Both the position numbers and the translations under genes were made by a program. Under the pieces are notes generated by a model that did not search any database, was not told the origin of the DNA, and saw nothing but the letters and a program-made list of their open reading frames with translations. From assembly GCA_046761065.1 (NCBI GenBank), contig JBHIFL010000039.1, positions 1-40,542 on the forward strand: a stretch of DNA of 40,542 bases, in the 5' to 3' direction. This stretch comes from Candidatus Heimdallarchaeota archaeon (GTDB taxonomy: Archaea > Asgardarchaeota > Wukongarchaeia > Wukongarchaeales > JBHIFL01). Positions 18,681-28,234 of the stretch are shown here, piece by piece (position 1 is the first letter of the stretch; every line of letters starts with the position of its first letter).

Positions 18681-19201
18681 TCGGTTTCACCCCATCGAGT
18701 CAAACATCCATTTATATAGACAAGTTCACTAAGCGACCGTCTGGGAGGCATCTTCGGAGTTTGTGCTGGATACCCTATAGATATTAGGAGTTTCACCGCT
18801 AGTGTGTCAGGAACATCAAGGATGCGGTTGATAGCTCGCGAGGTGAAAGAAGCAATTGCGCAGGACCCTAGACCTAACGCGTATGCGGCAAGCATAATGT
18901 TTTGAGCCGCCATCCCAAGATCTAAGCAAACATCGTAACTAGATTTCATGATCCGTTCTTTTTCAAGGCAAAGTACGAGAACTAAGTTAGCTTCTTCTCC
19001 ATAGAAGCCTGGTGAGGCCATTTTCAGCATTTTGATCTTCTTTCGATCTGTAACTGCTATGAATTGCCAAGGTTGTCTGTTTCCTCCAGATGGAGCCCAA
19101 CGTGCGGCTTCGAGCAACTTGATAAGGGTATTATGCTCTAATTCTTTGTATTTGTATCTCCGGATGCTTCTACGTCCTTTAATCGCTTCAAGGACATCCA
19201 T
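18677..19201 (-). CDS. Nitroreductase-family flavoprotein
   Basis: AIKGRRSIRRY, AARWAPSGGNRQPWQF, AAQNIMLAAYALGLGSC, ISIGYP. Confidence 0.93.
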   Translation of the reverse strand: MDVLEAIKGRRSIRRYKYKELEHNTLIKLLEAARWAPSGGNRQPWQFIAVTDRKKIKMLKMASPGFYGEEANLVLVLCLEKERIMKSSYDVCLDLGMAAQNIMLAAYALGLGSCAIASFTSRAINRILDVPDTLAVKLLISIGYPAQTPKMPPRRSLSELVYINGCLTRWGETE

Positions 19202-19414
19202 TATTATCCCTCGAGTTAAACTCTCTATCTCAAAGGGTTTTTATTTTTTTACTGCCGCCTCGCCAAAAGGTGATCATGAAGATCTAATCTTAGCTATATG
19301 TTTTTTTACTTATATAATGGACGCCTTGTAACTCTTTGCCTTTATTTACTTAAAGAAATCAAATATATAGAAACATGCCTATCGAAGGTCTGAGTATGAG
19401 GAGGGGCAGAAATA

Positions 19415-20308
19415 ATGCCCAAATTTGACATCTGTATAATAGGCCATGTTACAAGGGATATTATCCGAATACGGGCTGTAGAATGGAAGAATCCCGGTGG
19501 AACTGCATACTACACTTCCCTTCCTCTACAACGTCTTGGTCTAAAAGTCGCAGTAGTTACTAAAGTAGCTTCAGCAGACCAAACTTCTCTTCTTAATGAA
19601 TTAAAGCAATGTGGGATCACTGTCTTTTGCGGAGAAAGCCCCGAGACCACCTCCTTTCAAAATATCTATCTTGATGTTGCTAGGAGTGATCGCGTTCAAA
19701 AGGTACAGGCTATAGCTACCCCTTTCTCTCCTCGAGATGTTGATCCTGTCTCTGCCCCTATCTTCCACATCGGGCCATTGACAAAGAAGGATATCCCTCT
19801 TAAGCTCTTAGAAATGCTCTCAAGACGGGATGTGTTGATTTCATTAGATGTTCAAGGATTTATTCGATGTATCGAAAAAGAAATAGTAAAAGAACACGAT
19901 TGGGATGAAAAACAGAAAGGGCTCAGCTATGTGGATATTTTAAAAGCAAACATTAACGAAGCAAGAATTTTGTCAGGGGAAGACAATGTAGAGCAGGCAG
20001 CCACCCAACTTGCTGAATATGGTCCGAAAGAAGTCATCGTCACTCTTGGGAATAAGGGGTCAGTGATCTACTCGAACAAACAAATTTACAGAATTCCCGC
20101 TTTTCGTCCTAAAAGATTTGTTGATCCCACTGGTTGTGGAGACACATATGTTGCTGGATACCTTTATCAACGACTTAAATCCAGGGGTCTCGATAAAGTA
20201 GGAAGATTCGCAGCGAAATTGGCCACTTTAAAGCTAGAAATGTCTGGTTCGTTAAGATTGGAAGATAAAACCTTTAGAGCTCTTACCTCTAATCTATTGA
20301 CATTATGA
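19415..20308 (+). CDS. PfkB-family carbohydrate/nucleoside kinase
   Basis: IGHVTRD, PGGTAYY, LDVQG, KANINEA, VTLGNKGS, VDPTGCGDTY. Confidence 0.9.
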   Translation: MPKFDICIIGHVTRDIIRIRAVEWKNPGGTAYYTSLPLQRLGLKVAVVTKVASADQTSLLNELKQCGITVFCGESPETTSFQNIYLDVARSDRVQKVQAIATPFSPRDVDPVSAPIFHIGPLTKKDIPLKLLEMLSRRDVLISLDVQGFIRCIEKEIVKEHDWDEKQKGLSYVDILKANINEARILSGEDNVEQAATQLAEYGPKEVIVTLGNKGSVIYSNKQIYRIPAFRPKRFVDPTGCGDTYVAGYLYQRLKSRGLDKVGRFAAKLATLKLEMSGSLRLEDKTFRALTSNLLTL

Positions 20309-20439
20309 GTCGAAAATTAGACATTTTGTTGAAAAGTAAAGGGTACAGGCAATACAAACGCTCATTCTTGGAAATTTTCCCACCATGAGGTCAACTAACT
20401 ATATTACAAAAAATGGATCTCTATTACTGTATTTGTTTA

Positions 20440-21072
20440 TCAATTAGACTGAAGGGATAGACACAATAACCGGATTGCCATGATCTCTATCCAAAGCAAG
20501 GATACCCCCATAGAAAGTCTTTGGAATACTCCCGCCCATGGCTCAAACACCATATAAGCGCTAGCAATAATTGCTGTTACAATCCAGGTCAGTAGAGAAT
20601 ATAATTGAAAATCCTGCCATAATTGATCGTTTTTCACTTTATAGGAAATAGCTAATGCTGCAAAGATCATTGCGAAAGCGGCAATTGTTGCTATAATCGA
20701 GTGCATTTTACTAACTAAAGTCACATCAATGCAACCTGGGTCACAACGAAAGATTCCTGATCCAATTAACCCTCCCCCACTCAACACTATCAAACTAGGA
20801 CCAAGCAACGAACCTTCTCCTTTATTTATACCACGATGGAGGCCGATAGCAAAGGCAATCAACAGGAAACCCAACAAGGGAAATCCTATGGTATTCATGA
20901 TGATAGCATTTGGTCCACCAACCTCCCCTAACTCGCTCATAGATTGTGTGACGTGGCTATAACCCGGTCGTAGGAGACCAAGAGTAATCAGCACAATTGT
21001 GTAGAAGATAGGACCTATAATCCCACAAAAAGCCAACACACTTAGTGTTCTATCTGGTTGATGATTAGACAT
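20440..21072 (-). CDS. DUF998-like membrane protein
   Basis: PGYSHVTQSMSELG, F.CDPGC, MH, GVFQR with 5-6 TM segments. Confidence 0.8.
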   Translation of the reverse strand: MSNHQPDRTLSVLAFCGIIGPIFYTIVLITLGLLRPGYSHVTQSMSELGEVGGPNAIIMNTIGFPLLGFLLIAFAIGLHRGINKGEGSLLGPSLIVLSGGGLIGSGIFRCDPGCIDVTLVSKMHSIIATIAAFAMIFAALAISYKVKNDQLWQDFQLYSLLTWIVTAIIASAYMVFEPWAGVFQRLSMGVSLLWIEIMAIRLLCLSLQSN

Positions 21073-21208
21073 CTATATCACTTTAGAAGGAGCCGTGAAA
21101 ATTATGTTTTAAAAGGTTTTATGGGTATTTAAAATATGTGTACGACGAATTATGACTTGAAGGAGTTATTAAAAGCAATTTGAAGTAATTTTTGGTTTCT
21201 CTATTCTA

Positions 21209-21691
21209 TTATTTCTGTACCCGCCGGAAAATACTTAGAAAGAAATTTATCCTGGGTACAGTATGCATATCGCGATTATACTCATCACCAAATTTTTTAA
21301 GACTTCGCTCCTCTCCTGTAAGAATAATAAAGTACGTGCAAATAATCGCCACAAGGCTCGAAATTACAATGATCCAATGTTGAATCATGAATGGATGAGA
21401 TAAGAACAAGATCATCGCCCCTAGATACATTGGATGTCGCACAATTCCGAATATCCCGCTATCAATAGTAGCACTCCCCCCCTTTTCTACGAAGCGTGAT
21501 TATCGAGAGAATGACAAATATAGCACCAATTCCGAGTAATACATATCCTACAACTACCAATTCTTCTATAATTGGGACAATTGGTATGAATACTGGCAAC
21601 AGTAAATTTAGGAAAAAAATAAGTCCAACAATACTCAATAGAATATTTCTTTGATTGTCTAAGTATCTTTAATTGCTTTATCCGAACTCAT
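21209..21691 (-). pseudogene. Isoprenylcysteine carboxyl methyltransferase (ICMT/PEMT-like) family gene with two frameshifts
   Basis: ATG 21691 MSSDKAIK | one base missing | RYLDNQRNILLSIV...TLRRKG | extra G in a G7 run at 21476-21482 | GSATIDSGIFGIVRHPMYLG..EE..L..FGDEY..VPR. Confidence 0.8.
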
Positions 21692-21732
21692 AATAAAGCT
21701 CCTCCATTTTTTTTCTTATGGTTTAATGATTT

Positions 21733-22248
21733 TTATTCACGTTTTTGACGTCGTAATCGCCGGTAAACGCCCAATAGAATATTTATTCGTGGCACATTTT
21801 GCATATAATGTTTATAAGAATCACCAAATCTCTCAAGAGTGGTTTTTTCTTCTATTATCATGATTCAGTACATCGATATTATCAATGGGATAGAAGCCAG
21901 CACACTGAACCAGTGCTGCGAAAAGCAAACTAATGCAATGAACAGTAATATAAAGGAAAAATAGATAGGGTGGCGAATCACACTGTAAATACCACTGTCC
22001 ACCAGAATTGTTGTACCTCCATAGCTTTTACCCTCTGGTACACCTCCTTTTTTCTGCAAAACGTTGGAATAAAAGAATAAGACCATTGCGCCTACCATGA
22101 GGATAAATCCACAATAGAAGATGATGTTGAGGCTAGCAAAGTTGTAGAAGAAAATACTCAATAGAATTTGGGCAATAAACAAAGCTCCTAGGATGGAAGC
22201 ACCAATCCAAAATTTCAAGGTCATCTTATATTTGTGTTCGTCACTCAT
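21733..22248 (-). pseudogene. Second ICMT-family gene with one in-frame TGA
   Basis: LVDSGIYSVIRHPIY, TGA at 21867-21865, then in-frame IMIIEEKTTLERFGDSYKHYMQNVPR to TAA at 21735-21733. Confidence 0.82.
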
Positions 22249-22527
22249 TGGATCCAACTTTTCAGATAAACTGTTTTGGAGTGGATTAAATATATACTGC
22301 CGAACAACTTCGGCTATCTATTAAAAATAATTTTACTTGATGGAGAGTCTCTAGATCTTTTTTTAAAATCTAGAACAAAAATAGAAATACTCATAGAAAA
22401 GGTCTTTAATAAAATCAAAAAATCTTGATCAAATCAATTGCTTTGATAGTAGATAGTTTTCCTCAAAAGGGTGAAATTAATCTTGAGTAGCCAGCAAACA
22501 AAACTTATAAGCAATCTTGAAGGCATT

Positions 22528-23451
22528 TTATTTTATTTGAAGTTTTTTAAAGAGTTCTTCATCATGATCCATTAACCCAACTTCGGGTAGTTGTTTGATC
22601 AAGTGCTTTAGGTTTGGATTGAGGCGTAACGCTTCCTTTAAGGCATTTACAGCTTCGTCCTTTCTGTTTAGCCTTAACAAGATTAATGCTACGGTTATAT
22701 GTGCGTCGTCAATTTTCGGGTTTAAAGAAATCGCTTTTTTAGCAGTGGCTAAAGCATTTTCAAGGTCACCTGCCGTAAATTGCTCTTCACTTTCGTCGTT
22801 CAAATAGTATACACGGAATAAGTTTAACAGGCGTCTTAACTCTTTTATTGGAGTGGGGTGATCTTCCACTCGTAGATCGATGTATCTGTCTCCGTAACCT
22901 CCTCGTCCCCCGTCTTTTCTGACCACAAGTAAAGAGGCAGATTGCCTTCCACGGGAGTCCCCTCCCGCTTCCTGCCCGCCTTCTAACGCAGCAATCAATT
23001 TACCCGCCAAATCCTCATTTGAGGACTCAAATCTTTTCCCCATGTTACTTACAACTGTTTCTCCAGCTAAAATGTTTCCTTGTGCTGCGTAATTGGTACC
23101 AATCTTGCTTCCAGCCCACTTTAAGCATTTTTCCCCTGTAAACGCTGCAGCATTCCCCTTTGCATCAATTATGCCAAGTTGTCTAAAGTCTCTACCCTCA
23201 TCTGGATTCGTCAACTTTTCGATGACCTCGGTTACAGTTAAGCCGTTTTGTAACAATTGAAGTCCTTGCGGTCCATAAGATACATTCACAAATGATTGGG
23301 TTGCAATGGCACCAACCCCGGCTTCTGCCCAGGGCACGACTGAACCGACAGAAAAGTAACGAGACTGAACAGCTACTCCCAAATCTTTGGTTACAGGGTC
23401 AAACGCCACAATAGAGAATGTGGCGACACAACAGTTACATTTGGGATACAT
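22528..23451 (-). CDS. DUF1028 (Ntn-hydrolase-like) protein with C-terminal TPR helices
   Basis: TFSIVA.DP...GVAVQS, GAIATQS, RQLG, QGNIL, AGGDSRGRQSASL, DLRVEDH; TPR-like AKKAISLNP..ALRLNP. Confidence 0.88.
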   Translation of the reverse strand: MYPKCNCCVATFSIVAFDPVTKDLGVAVQSRYFSVGSVVPWAEAGVGAIATQSFVNVSYGPQGLQLLQNGLTVTEVIEKLTNPDEGRDFRQLGIIDAKGNAAAFTGEKCLKWAGSKIGTNYAAQGNILAGETVVSNMGKRFESSNEDLAGKLIAALEGGQEAGGDSRGRQSASLLVVRKDGGRGGYGDRYIDLRVEDHPTPIKELRRLLNLFRVYYLNDESEEQFTAGDLENALATAKKAISLNPKIDDAHITVALILLRLNRKDEAVNALKEALRLNPNLKHLIKQLPEVGLMDHDEELFKKLQIK

Positions 23452-23707
23452 GAAGCAAATGGGTTACTAAATTGTATTTTACATTTTTGTTGCTAACTCA
23501 ACTGCTATCAAAATAAAAGTGACCCATGTCTCTTCGAAAGTGACTATTGACAATATACTGTCTTAAACCCAATCGTTAAAGCTACGGCTAAAGGATTATA
23601 TGTAAAATAAGCAGAGTTCGAGAGTCTTCAGAGGATCTCCATGGATCTAACTTGGCTAAACTTATTAATGGATAACTAATTCATTTCAATATGTAAGGTG
23701 CATTATT

Positions 23708-23944
23708 TTGTGTACTCCCACACCAAGCCGAGTTCCCCCACCACCCATTCTCCCTCGTTCTTTAGATGAAATACAAAGAGAACATTGGAACTACCTTCGT
23801 TCTAAGAAAAAGAAATGGAAATTCTTGATTATGTTATTATTTATTGTGTTGCTCATTATCTCTATCTGGAGAACAGACTCTGTTTTAATTATATCTTCAT
23901 TAATATTTTTTAATATATTAATGTTTTATATTTTGTTTTATTAA
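23708..23944 (+). CDS. Small hypothetical membrane protein (Pro-rich N-terminus, 2 TM)
   Basis: TTG start after AGGTG; PPPP motif, KKKK, two hydrophobic helices; converges on the GyrI-like gene. Confidence 0.45.
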   Translation: MCTPTPSRVPPPPILPRSLDEIQREHWNYLRSKKKKWKFLIMLLFIVLLIISIWRTDSVLIISSLIFFNILMFYILFY

Positions 23945-24005
23945 AATGAAATCCCCGTTTGTGTTTTAATTTATGGAACTAACATTTTATTTCAAATATA
24001 TTGTA

Positions 24006-24629
24006 CTAAATAAATGGCTGTCGTATAATCGTCTTCAGTTTTTCCGGTTTTACTCGATTGGGATCACTAAGATAAATTTCATGGTGTTTTTGTTTATGGC
24101 CATGAAAAGTTCCACCTTGTTCCTCTATATATTTGTGGATTTTTTCTATCGTTGGTCTTTCTTCCGAATAAGGTCCTATATGCAGAATTTGGGCACATTT
24201 TCCTTCGTGGTATTTTTCCAAACGTAATTTTGAGATTACAACTGGAATATCGGGTTTATTTTCTTTTGTGATTTTAATCGCTTCATCAATCATTTTTCGT
24301 GTGATCCAATCTGGTTGCATTATCATCGATGTCCATTTCCATTGATCTCTATTGCCGGTTATGAAATTATTCATGTCGTCGGCCCACCACAGGCCTTCTA
24401 ATGGGGGAACAACATAATCTTTCCCCTTTGCTTTGCTCAAAAATTTGGTTTTAAACGCTACAGGGTATAAAACAGCAAGTGAATCTAGATATTCTTGTGC
24501 TTCCCCCGGAGAGCCCCTCCCATCAATCATCAAGAATTGCATCTCAGGTACAATTACGGTTACGACTTCTTTTGCACTGGGTTGGTATAACTCTTTCAAG
24601 GTCTTTTTGAAATCTACTTTTTTGGGCAT
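24006..24629 (-). CDS. GyrI-like small-molecule-binding domain protein
   Basis: FLMIDG.GSP, DYVVPPLEGLWW, W.W..MIMQP, HIGPYSEE, HHEIYLSDP, KTIIRQP. Confidence 0.9.
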   Translation of the reverse strand: MPKKVDFKKTLKELYQPSAKEVVTVIVPEMQFLMIDGRGSPGEAQEYLDSLAVLYPVAFKTKFLSKAKGKDYVVPPLEGLWWADDMNNFITGNRDQWKWTSMIMQPDWITRKMIDEAIKITKENKPDIPVVISKLRLEKYHEGKCAQILHIGPYSEERPTIEKIHKYIEEQGGTFHGHKQKHHEIYLSDPNRVKPEKLKTIIRQPFI

Positions 24630-24965
24630 AATTATCACTTCTTTTCAATTTTTAAGCTTATTTCTGAACGATTAAGAAAAAATATGCTTCTTAATAGATT
24701 TTAAATTTCTGTTTGTGTTGGTTTATTCTATTCTATGATAGAGGCACGTTTGCTTTCCCAAGAACTGTAGAGTTTTCGGTCATCACAAAGGGGTTCAAAA
24801 ACTAAATTTGCCCTATCAAAGGCATCTTTGGAATCCAAGGTGGGGGTGAATAAATAAGTGGTTTCTTTTGCCATTGTTATTCCCTATTTTAAAAAAAGTA
24901 ACGCAATTAAAACTATTTGATAATTCAAAATTTATTCAATTGAAACAAAAGCAGTCTGAAACAAC

Positions 24966-26423
24966 TCAGAGATCATGAGGTAGATATGAGACCTCTATTC
25001 GTTTTGCCGCATCCCGCATGATATGTTTGAGTTGATTGTCACAATCTTCGGGTAATGGTTCGTGGACATGATCATCTAGGATCTGAGTGACGCGTGTTTG
25101 GGCCCGATCAATTATACTTAACTCACCATCTTGTCTCCATTTTTGCAGATCTTTTCGATCGATTACCTCCGATGGGATAAATTGATCGTGCCGGAACCAC
25201 TTTAACGTATGAAATACCGTTAGAAAACTGCCATGGGGACCAACCTCCCGGAAAAGATCTACCGCTAGTGCATCCTCATTCACTTCGATACCCTTGACCA
25301 AACGTTTGGCCATCCCACAGATCTCATTGTCAATCACTAATTTTTCTAAACTCTGACTATTCTCAAAATTCAGCATTCCGGGACCGGAAACTACATTGAT
25401 ACCTGCAAGTGTTGCAAGGATTAGTCCCAGCCCTGTTTCAAGACCGGATTGGGTATCAATTCGTTTGGCATCGGAGAGACCCATGTACGCGTGGGTGGGA
25501 AATCCTAACATCTTTCCAATGGATGCGTATGCGCAGTCAATCATCATCGTTTCAATGGCACCCACTCGTGTTGTGCATTCTCTTTGGTCGAATACTGCTG
25601 GACCCCCTCCCCATATGACGGGAGCGCCGGCCTTTGTGAGTTGACTTAGAATAACTCCTGATAACGTTTCTGCAGTGTGTTGTACGAGCGCACCTGCGAG
25701 ACTGGCCGGTCCCGTAGCCCCGATGAGGGGCGCAGAGACGTACTCGACAGGAATATCAAAGTGCGCACAATCTATAAGGTGTTGAGCGGTCTGTTCACTC
25801 CACATCAGTGGAGGGGAGGGGCAGACATCAAACACCGCCAATGGCTTTTTGGAGAGGTCTTCCCCATAAGCCTCCCGGACCGCTACTAACATGTCTTTCA
25901 TGTCTTTCACCCCATGGGTGGTAAATGCCCCTGTGTCAACCGGCTTTTTGGCATACTTCAGGACGAGATAGAGTCGGTATCTATCTGCCAAGCGCTCATC
26001 AATATCCGAAACAACCATCGACGTGCTTTGATAATGCATATTCGGGAGGTTGTCTGTCAATCGAATGAATTTTATGAAATCATCAGTTACAGGTTCTCGA
26101 ATCGTCCCATCTGGATCTAAAATGGTCATTGCCGCTGAACCAGGAATGTAATGCACATTATCTCCCTTGATCGTCAAGGTAAGTTCCCCATGACGATCAT
26201 AGAGCTTTATCGCATTAGGTGCTTTCCGAACACACTCTTTTACAATTTCTTCTGAAAAAACTCCAATTTGCGAATTGGGTTGGAATTCAATACCCCCATC
26301 TTTCAAGATCTTCAGTGCATTCTCATTTTTAATTAGAATTCCTGTTTCACTAAGTACTTGAAGAGCACTCTCGTATATTTGCTCTTTTTCTTCTTTTGAG
26401 ATGATTCCAAAGCTTGGTTGCAT
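24966..26423 (-). CDS. Trimethylamine:corrinoid methyltransferase (MttB) superfamily protein, non-pyrrolysine type
   Basis: ALQVLSETG, PSPPLMW, GATGPASLAGALVQH.AE.L.G, SDAKRIDTQSGLE, GPGML, EKLVIDNEI, VGPHGSFL; no in-frame TAG. Confidence 0.9.
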   Translation of the reverse strand: MQPSFGIISKEEKEQIYESALQVLSETGILIKNENALKILKDGGIEFQPNSQIGVFSEEIVKECVRKAPNAIKLYDRHGELTLTIKGDNVHYIPGSAAMTILDPDGTIREPVTDDFIKFIRLTDNLPNMHYQSTSMVVSDIDERLADRYRLYLVLKYAKKPVDTGAFTTHGVKDMKDMLVAVREAYGEDLSKKPLAVFDVCPSPPLMWSEQTAQHLIDCAHFDIPVEYVSAPLIGATGPASLAGALVQHTAETLSGVILSQLTKAGAPVIWGGGPAVFDQRECTTRVGAIETMMIDCAYASIGKMLGFPTHAYMGLSDAKRIDTQSGLETGLGLILATLAGINVVSGPGMLNFENSQSLEKLVIDNEICGMAKRLVKGIEVNEDALAVDLFREVGPHGSFLTVFHTLKWFRHDQFIPSEVIDRKDLQKWRQDGELSIIDRAQTRVTQILDDHVHEPLPEDCDNQLKHIMRDAAKRIEVSYLPHDL

Positions 26424-26802
26424 TATTCAGCCTCAATAATTCGACTCATATTGATTGCCTTCTATATTTGATAGGGTCAGTTCAGCTCATGACTAAAATA
26501 TTCATGTTTCAATAATACTAATAAAAAGCATATCTGACAGAATAAGTGACAAAAATAAGATATGAAATCGATAAAAAGCCAAACTAATCACAATTATCGA
26601 CAGTTACACCTTATTTATCATATCCATCTGAAAAATCACGATTCCTCCAGAGAATTTTTTTGGGGGACCCAAGAAACGTTTTTTACAAAAGATTTAGATG
26701 ATCACTTTATGAGTACATTGACACTAATTAACAGAAAAATAACGTGTGGATACTCTTTATCATGGAATCTTGAATCATCTAGGCGGTAAAACAGTAATTT
26801 TC

Positions 26803-26848
26803 AAAAGTTGGGCGCTTCAAAATTCTTGGTTTTGAAGCTTTGACTTTT
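26803..26848 (+). other. Long hairpin in the MttB/SDR divergent intergenic region
   Basis: Perfect GCTTCAAAA/TTTTGAAGC core extended by G-U pairs to AAAAGT/ACTTTT. Confidence 0.4.
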
Positions 26849-26989
26849 CTTCGTTTGATTCACTGAATTTTAGACGTCTCTTGACACTAACTGGTGGGTA
26901 AATCAATTCACTTTTTTGTTATGTCTTACCCAAGGGCAGACATTATTAAAAGAATCAACTATCATTTTTCTAATACTGAGGTGAAATAT

Positions 26990-27706
26990 TTGAAGTTGAA
27001 GGATAAAGTTGCCATCGTAACGGGAGCGTCACGTGGAATCGGACGGGCAATTGCTTTAACTTTAGCAAGGGAAGGTGCTTTCGTTGTTGGAGTAGCAAGG
27101 TCAAAGTCGCAACTGGAGGACCTAGTTGCACAAATCACGGAAGAAGGAGGAGTTGCGTTAGCAGTCAAAGCCTCCGTGACAGATGAGGGTGCTGTTAATG
27201 ACCTTGTCAAGCGGACTATTGAGCAGTTCGGTACAATCGATATCCTTGTCAATAATGCAGGAATTGGGCGTTTTGCAGAAGTTGTAAACTACAAATTTGA
27301 TGATTTCACAGCACAGGTCGAGACCAATCTGTATGGGGTGTTTTTAATGAGTAAGGCAGTCTTGCCCACCATGCTGGAGAAGAAGGTGGGTAGCATCGTC
27401 AATATTGTGTCTATCGCGGGAATAACCGGATTTGCTGGAGGATCAGGTTACTGTGCCTCGAAATTCGGTGTTATGGGCTTTACAGAATGTCTTCATGAAG
27501 AAGTGAAAGCGCAGGGTATTCGTGTGACAGCGATCCTCCCTGGATCAGTGAACACACTGTTTTCAGGTAAAGAACTGCCTAAAGAAGAGGCTGAAAAGCG
27601 AATTCAACCGGAAGACCTCGCGAAGGTAGTTTTAGATGTCTTAACAATTCCGGAAACGTCCTTAATTAGTCAAGTAATTGTAAGACCACCAAAAAAGTAT
27701 AGGTGA
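26990..27706 (+). CDS. Short-chain dehydrogenase/reductase (SDR)
   Basis: TGASRGIG, NNAG, S..G, YCASKF, PG; probable TTG start 26990 after GAGGTGA. Confidence 0.92.
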   Translation: MKLKDKVAIVTGASRGIGRAIALTLAREGAFVVGVARSKSQLEDLVAQITEEGGVALAVKASVTDEGAVNDLVKRTIEQFGTIDILVNNAGIGRFAEVVNYKFDDFTAQVETNLYGVFLMSKAVLPTMLEKKVGSIVNIVSIAGITGFAGGSGYCASKFGVMGFTECLHEEVKAQGIRVTAILPGSVNTLFSGKELPKEEAEKRIQPEDLAKVVLDVLTIPETSLISQVIVRPPKKYR

Positions 27707-27802
27707 GTATTGATGTAAATGGATATGGCTGCTTATATATCAATAAAGAAATAATACCAATCAATATCTGCTATTTTTCCCATCGGCTTCGAAATGACTA
27801 TC

Positions 27803-28234
27803 TCACAATGAAAGAATACGCCATCCTTTGTTTATCCGCTCTATCTTTCCGTTTTGAAGTAATTTTTGGAATCGTTGAATTTGTTCTTGACCTAAACCAT
27901 TATCATACAGAATTATCCCATCCACTAGGGCTTCCCATACAAGTGTTTGACGGTTTTCAACAGCACGTGAAAATTCTTGTCTTGTTAAAATAAATGGTTG
28001 AACGAGCCCAATAGAAAGAGCAAAAGCATTTTGATGTCGGATAAACCAATCTGCTCCCATGTCATCTGTCACTATTAACAGGTCAAAATCACTTCGATCA
28101 GTGTTCGTTCCTTTAGCTGTGGAGCCAAATAAGATAATCGTATCAATCTGATATTTCCCTAACAATTGCAGGCAGAAATGTTCTAATTTGTATATCTTAG
28201 AATGATTTAATGTCTTAAAGGCTGCTTTGAACAA
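27803..28234 (-). CDS. Minimal nucleotidyltransferase (MNT), partner of the HEPN protein
   Basis: IILFGSTAKG....SDFDLLIV, GIILYD; overlaps the HEPN gene by 20 nt. Confidence 0.85.
   Translation of the reverse strand: MFKAAFKTLNHSKIYKLEHFCLQLLGKYQIDTIILFGSTAKGTNTDRSDFDLLIVTDDMGADWFIRHQNAFALSIGLVQPFILTRQEFSRAVENRQTLVWEALVDGIILYDNGLGQEQIQRFQKLLQNGKIERINKGWRILSL

Noticed and set aside
24728-24874. 48-aa minus-strand ORF MAKETTYLFTPTLDSK...
   Set aside because: Plausible small gene or relic but no recognisable motif; cannot be supported
24966-26423. Pyrrolysine-containing MttB
   Set aside because: No in-frame TAG; the ORF is continuous
26562-26789. 75-aa + strand ORF in the MttB/SDR intergenic region
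   Set aside because: No RBS, motif or protein-like composition; probably non-coding
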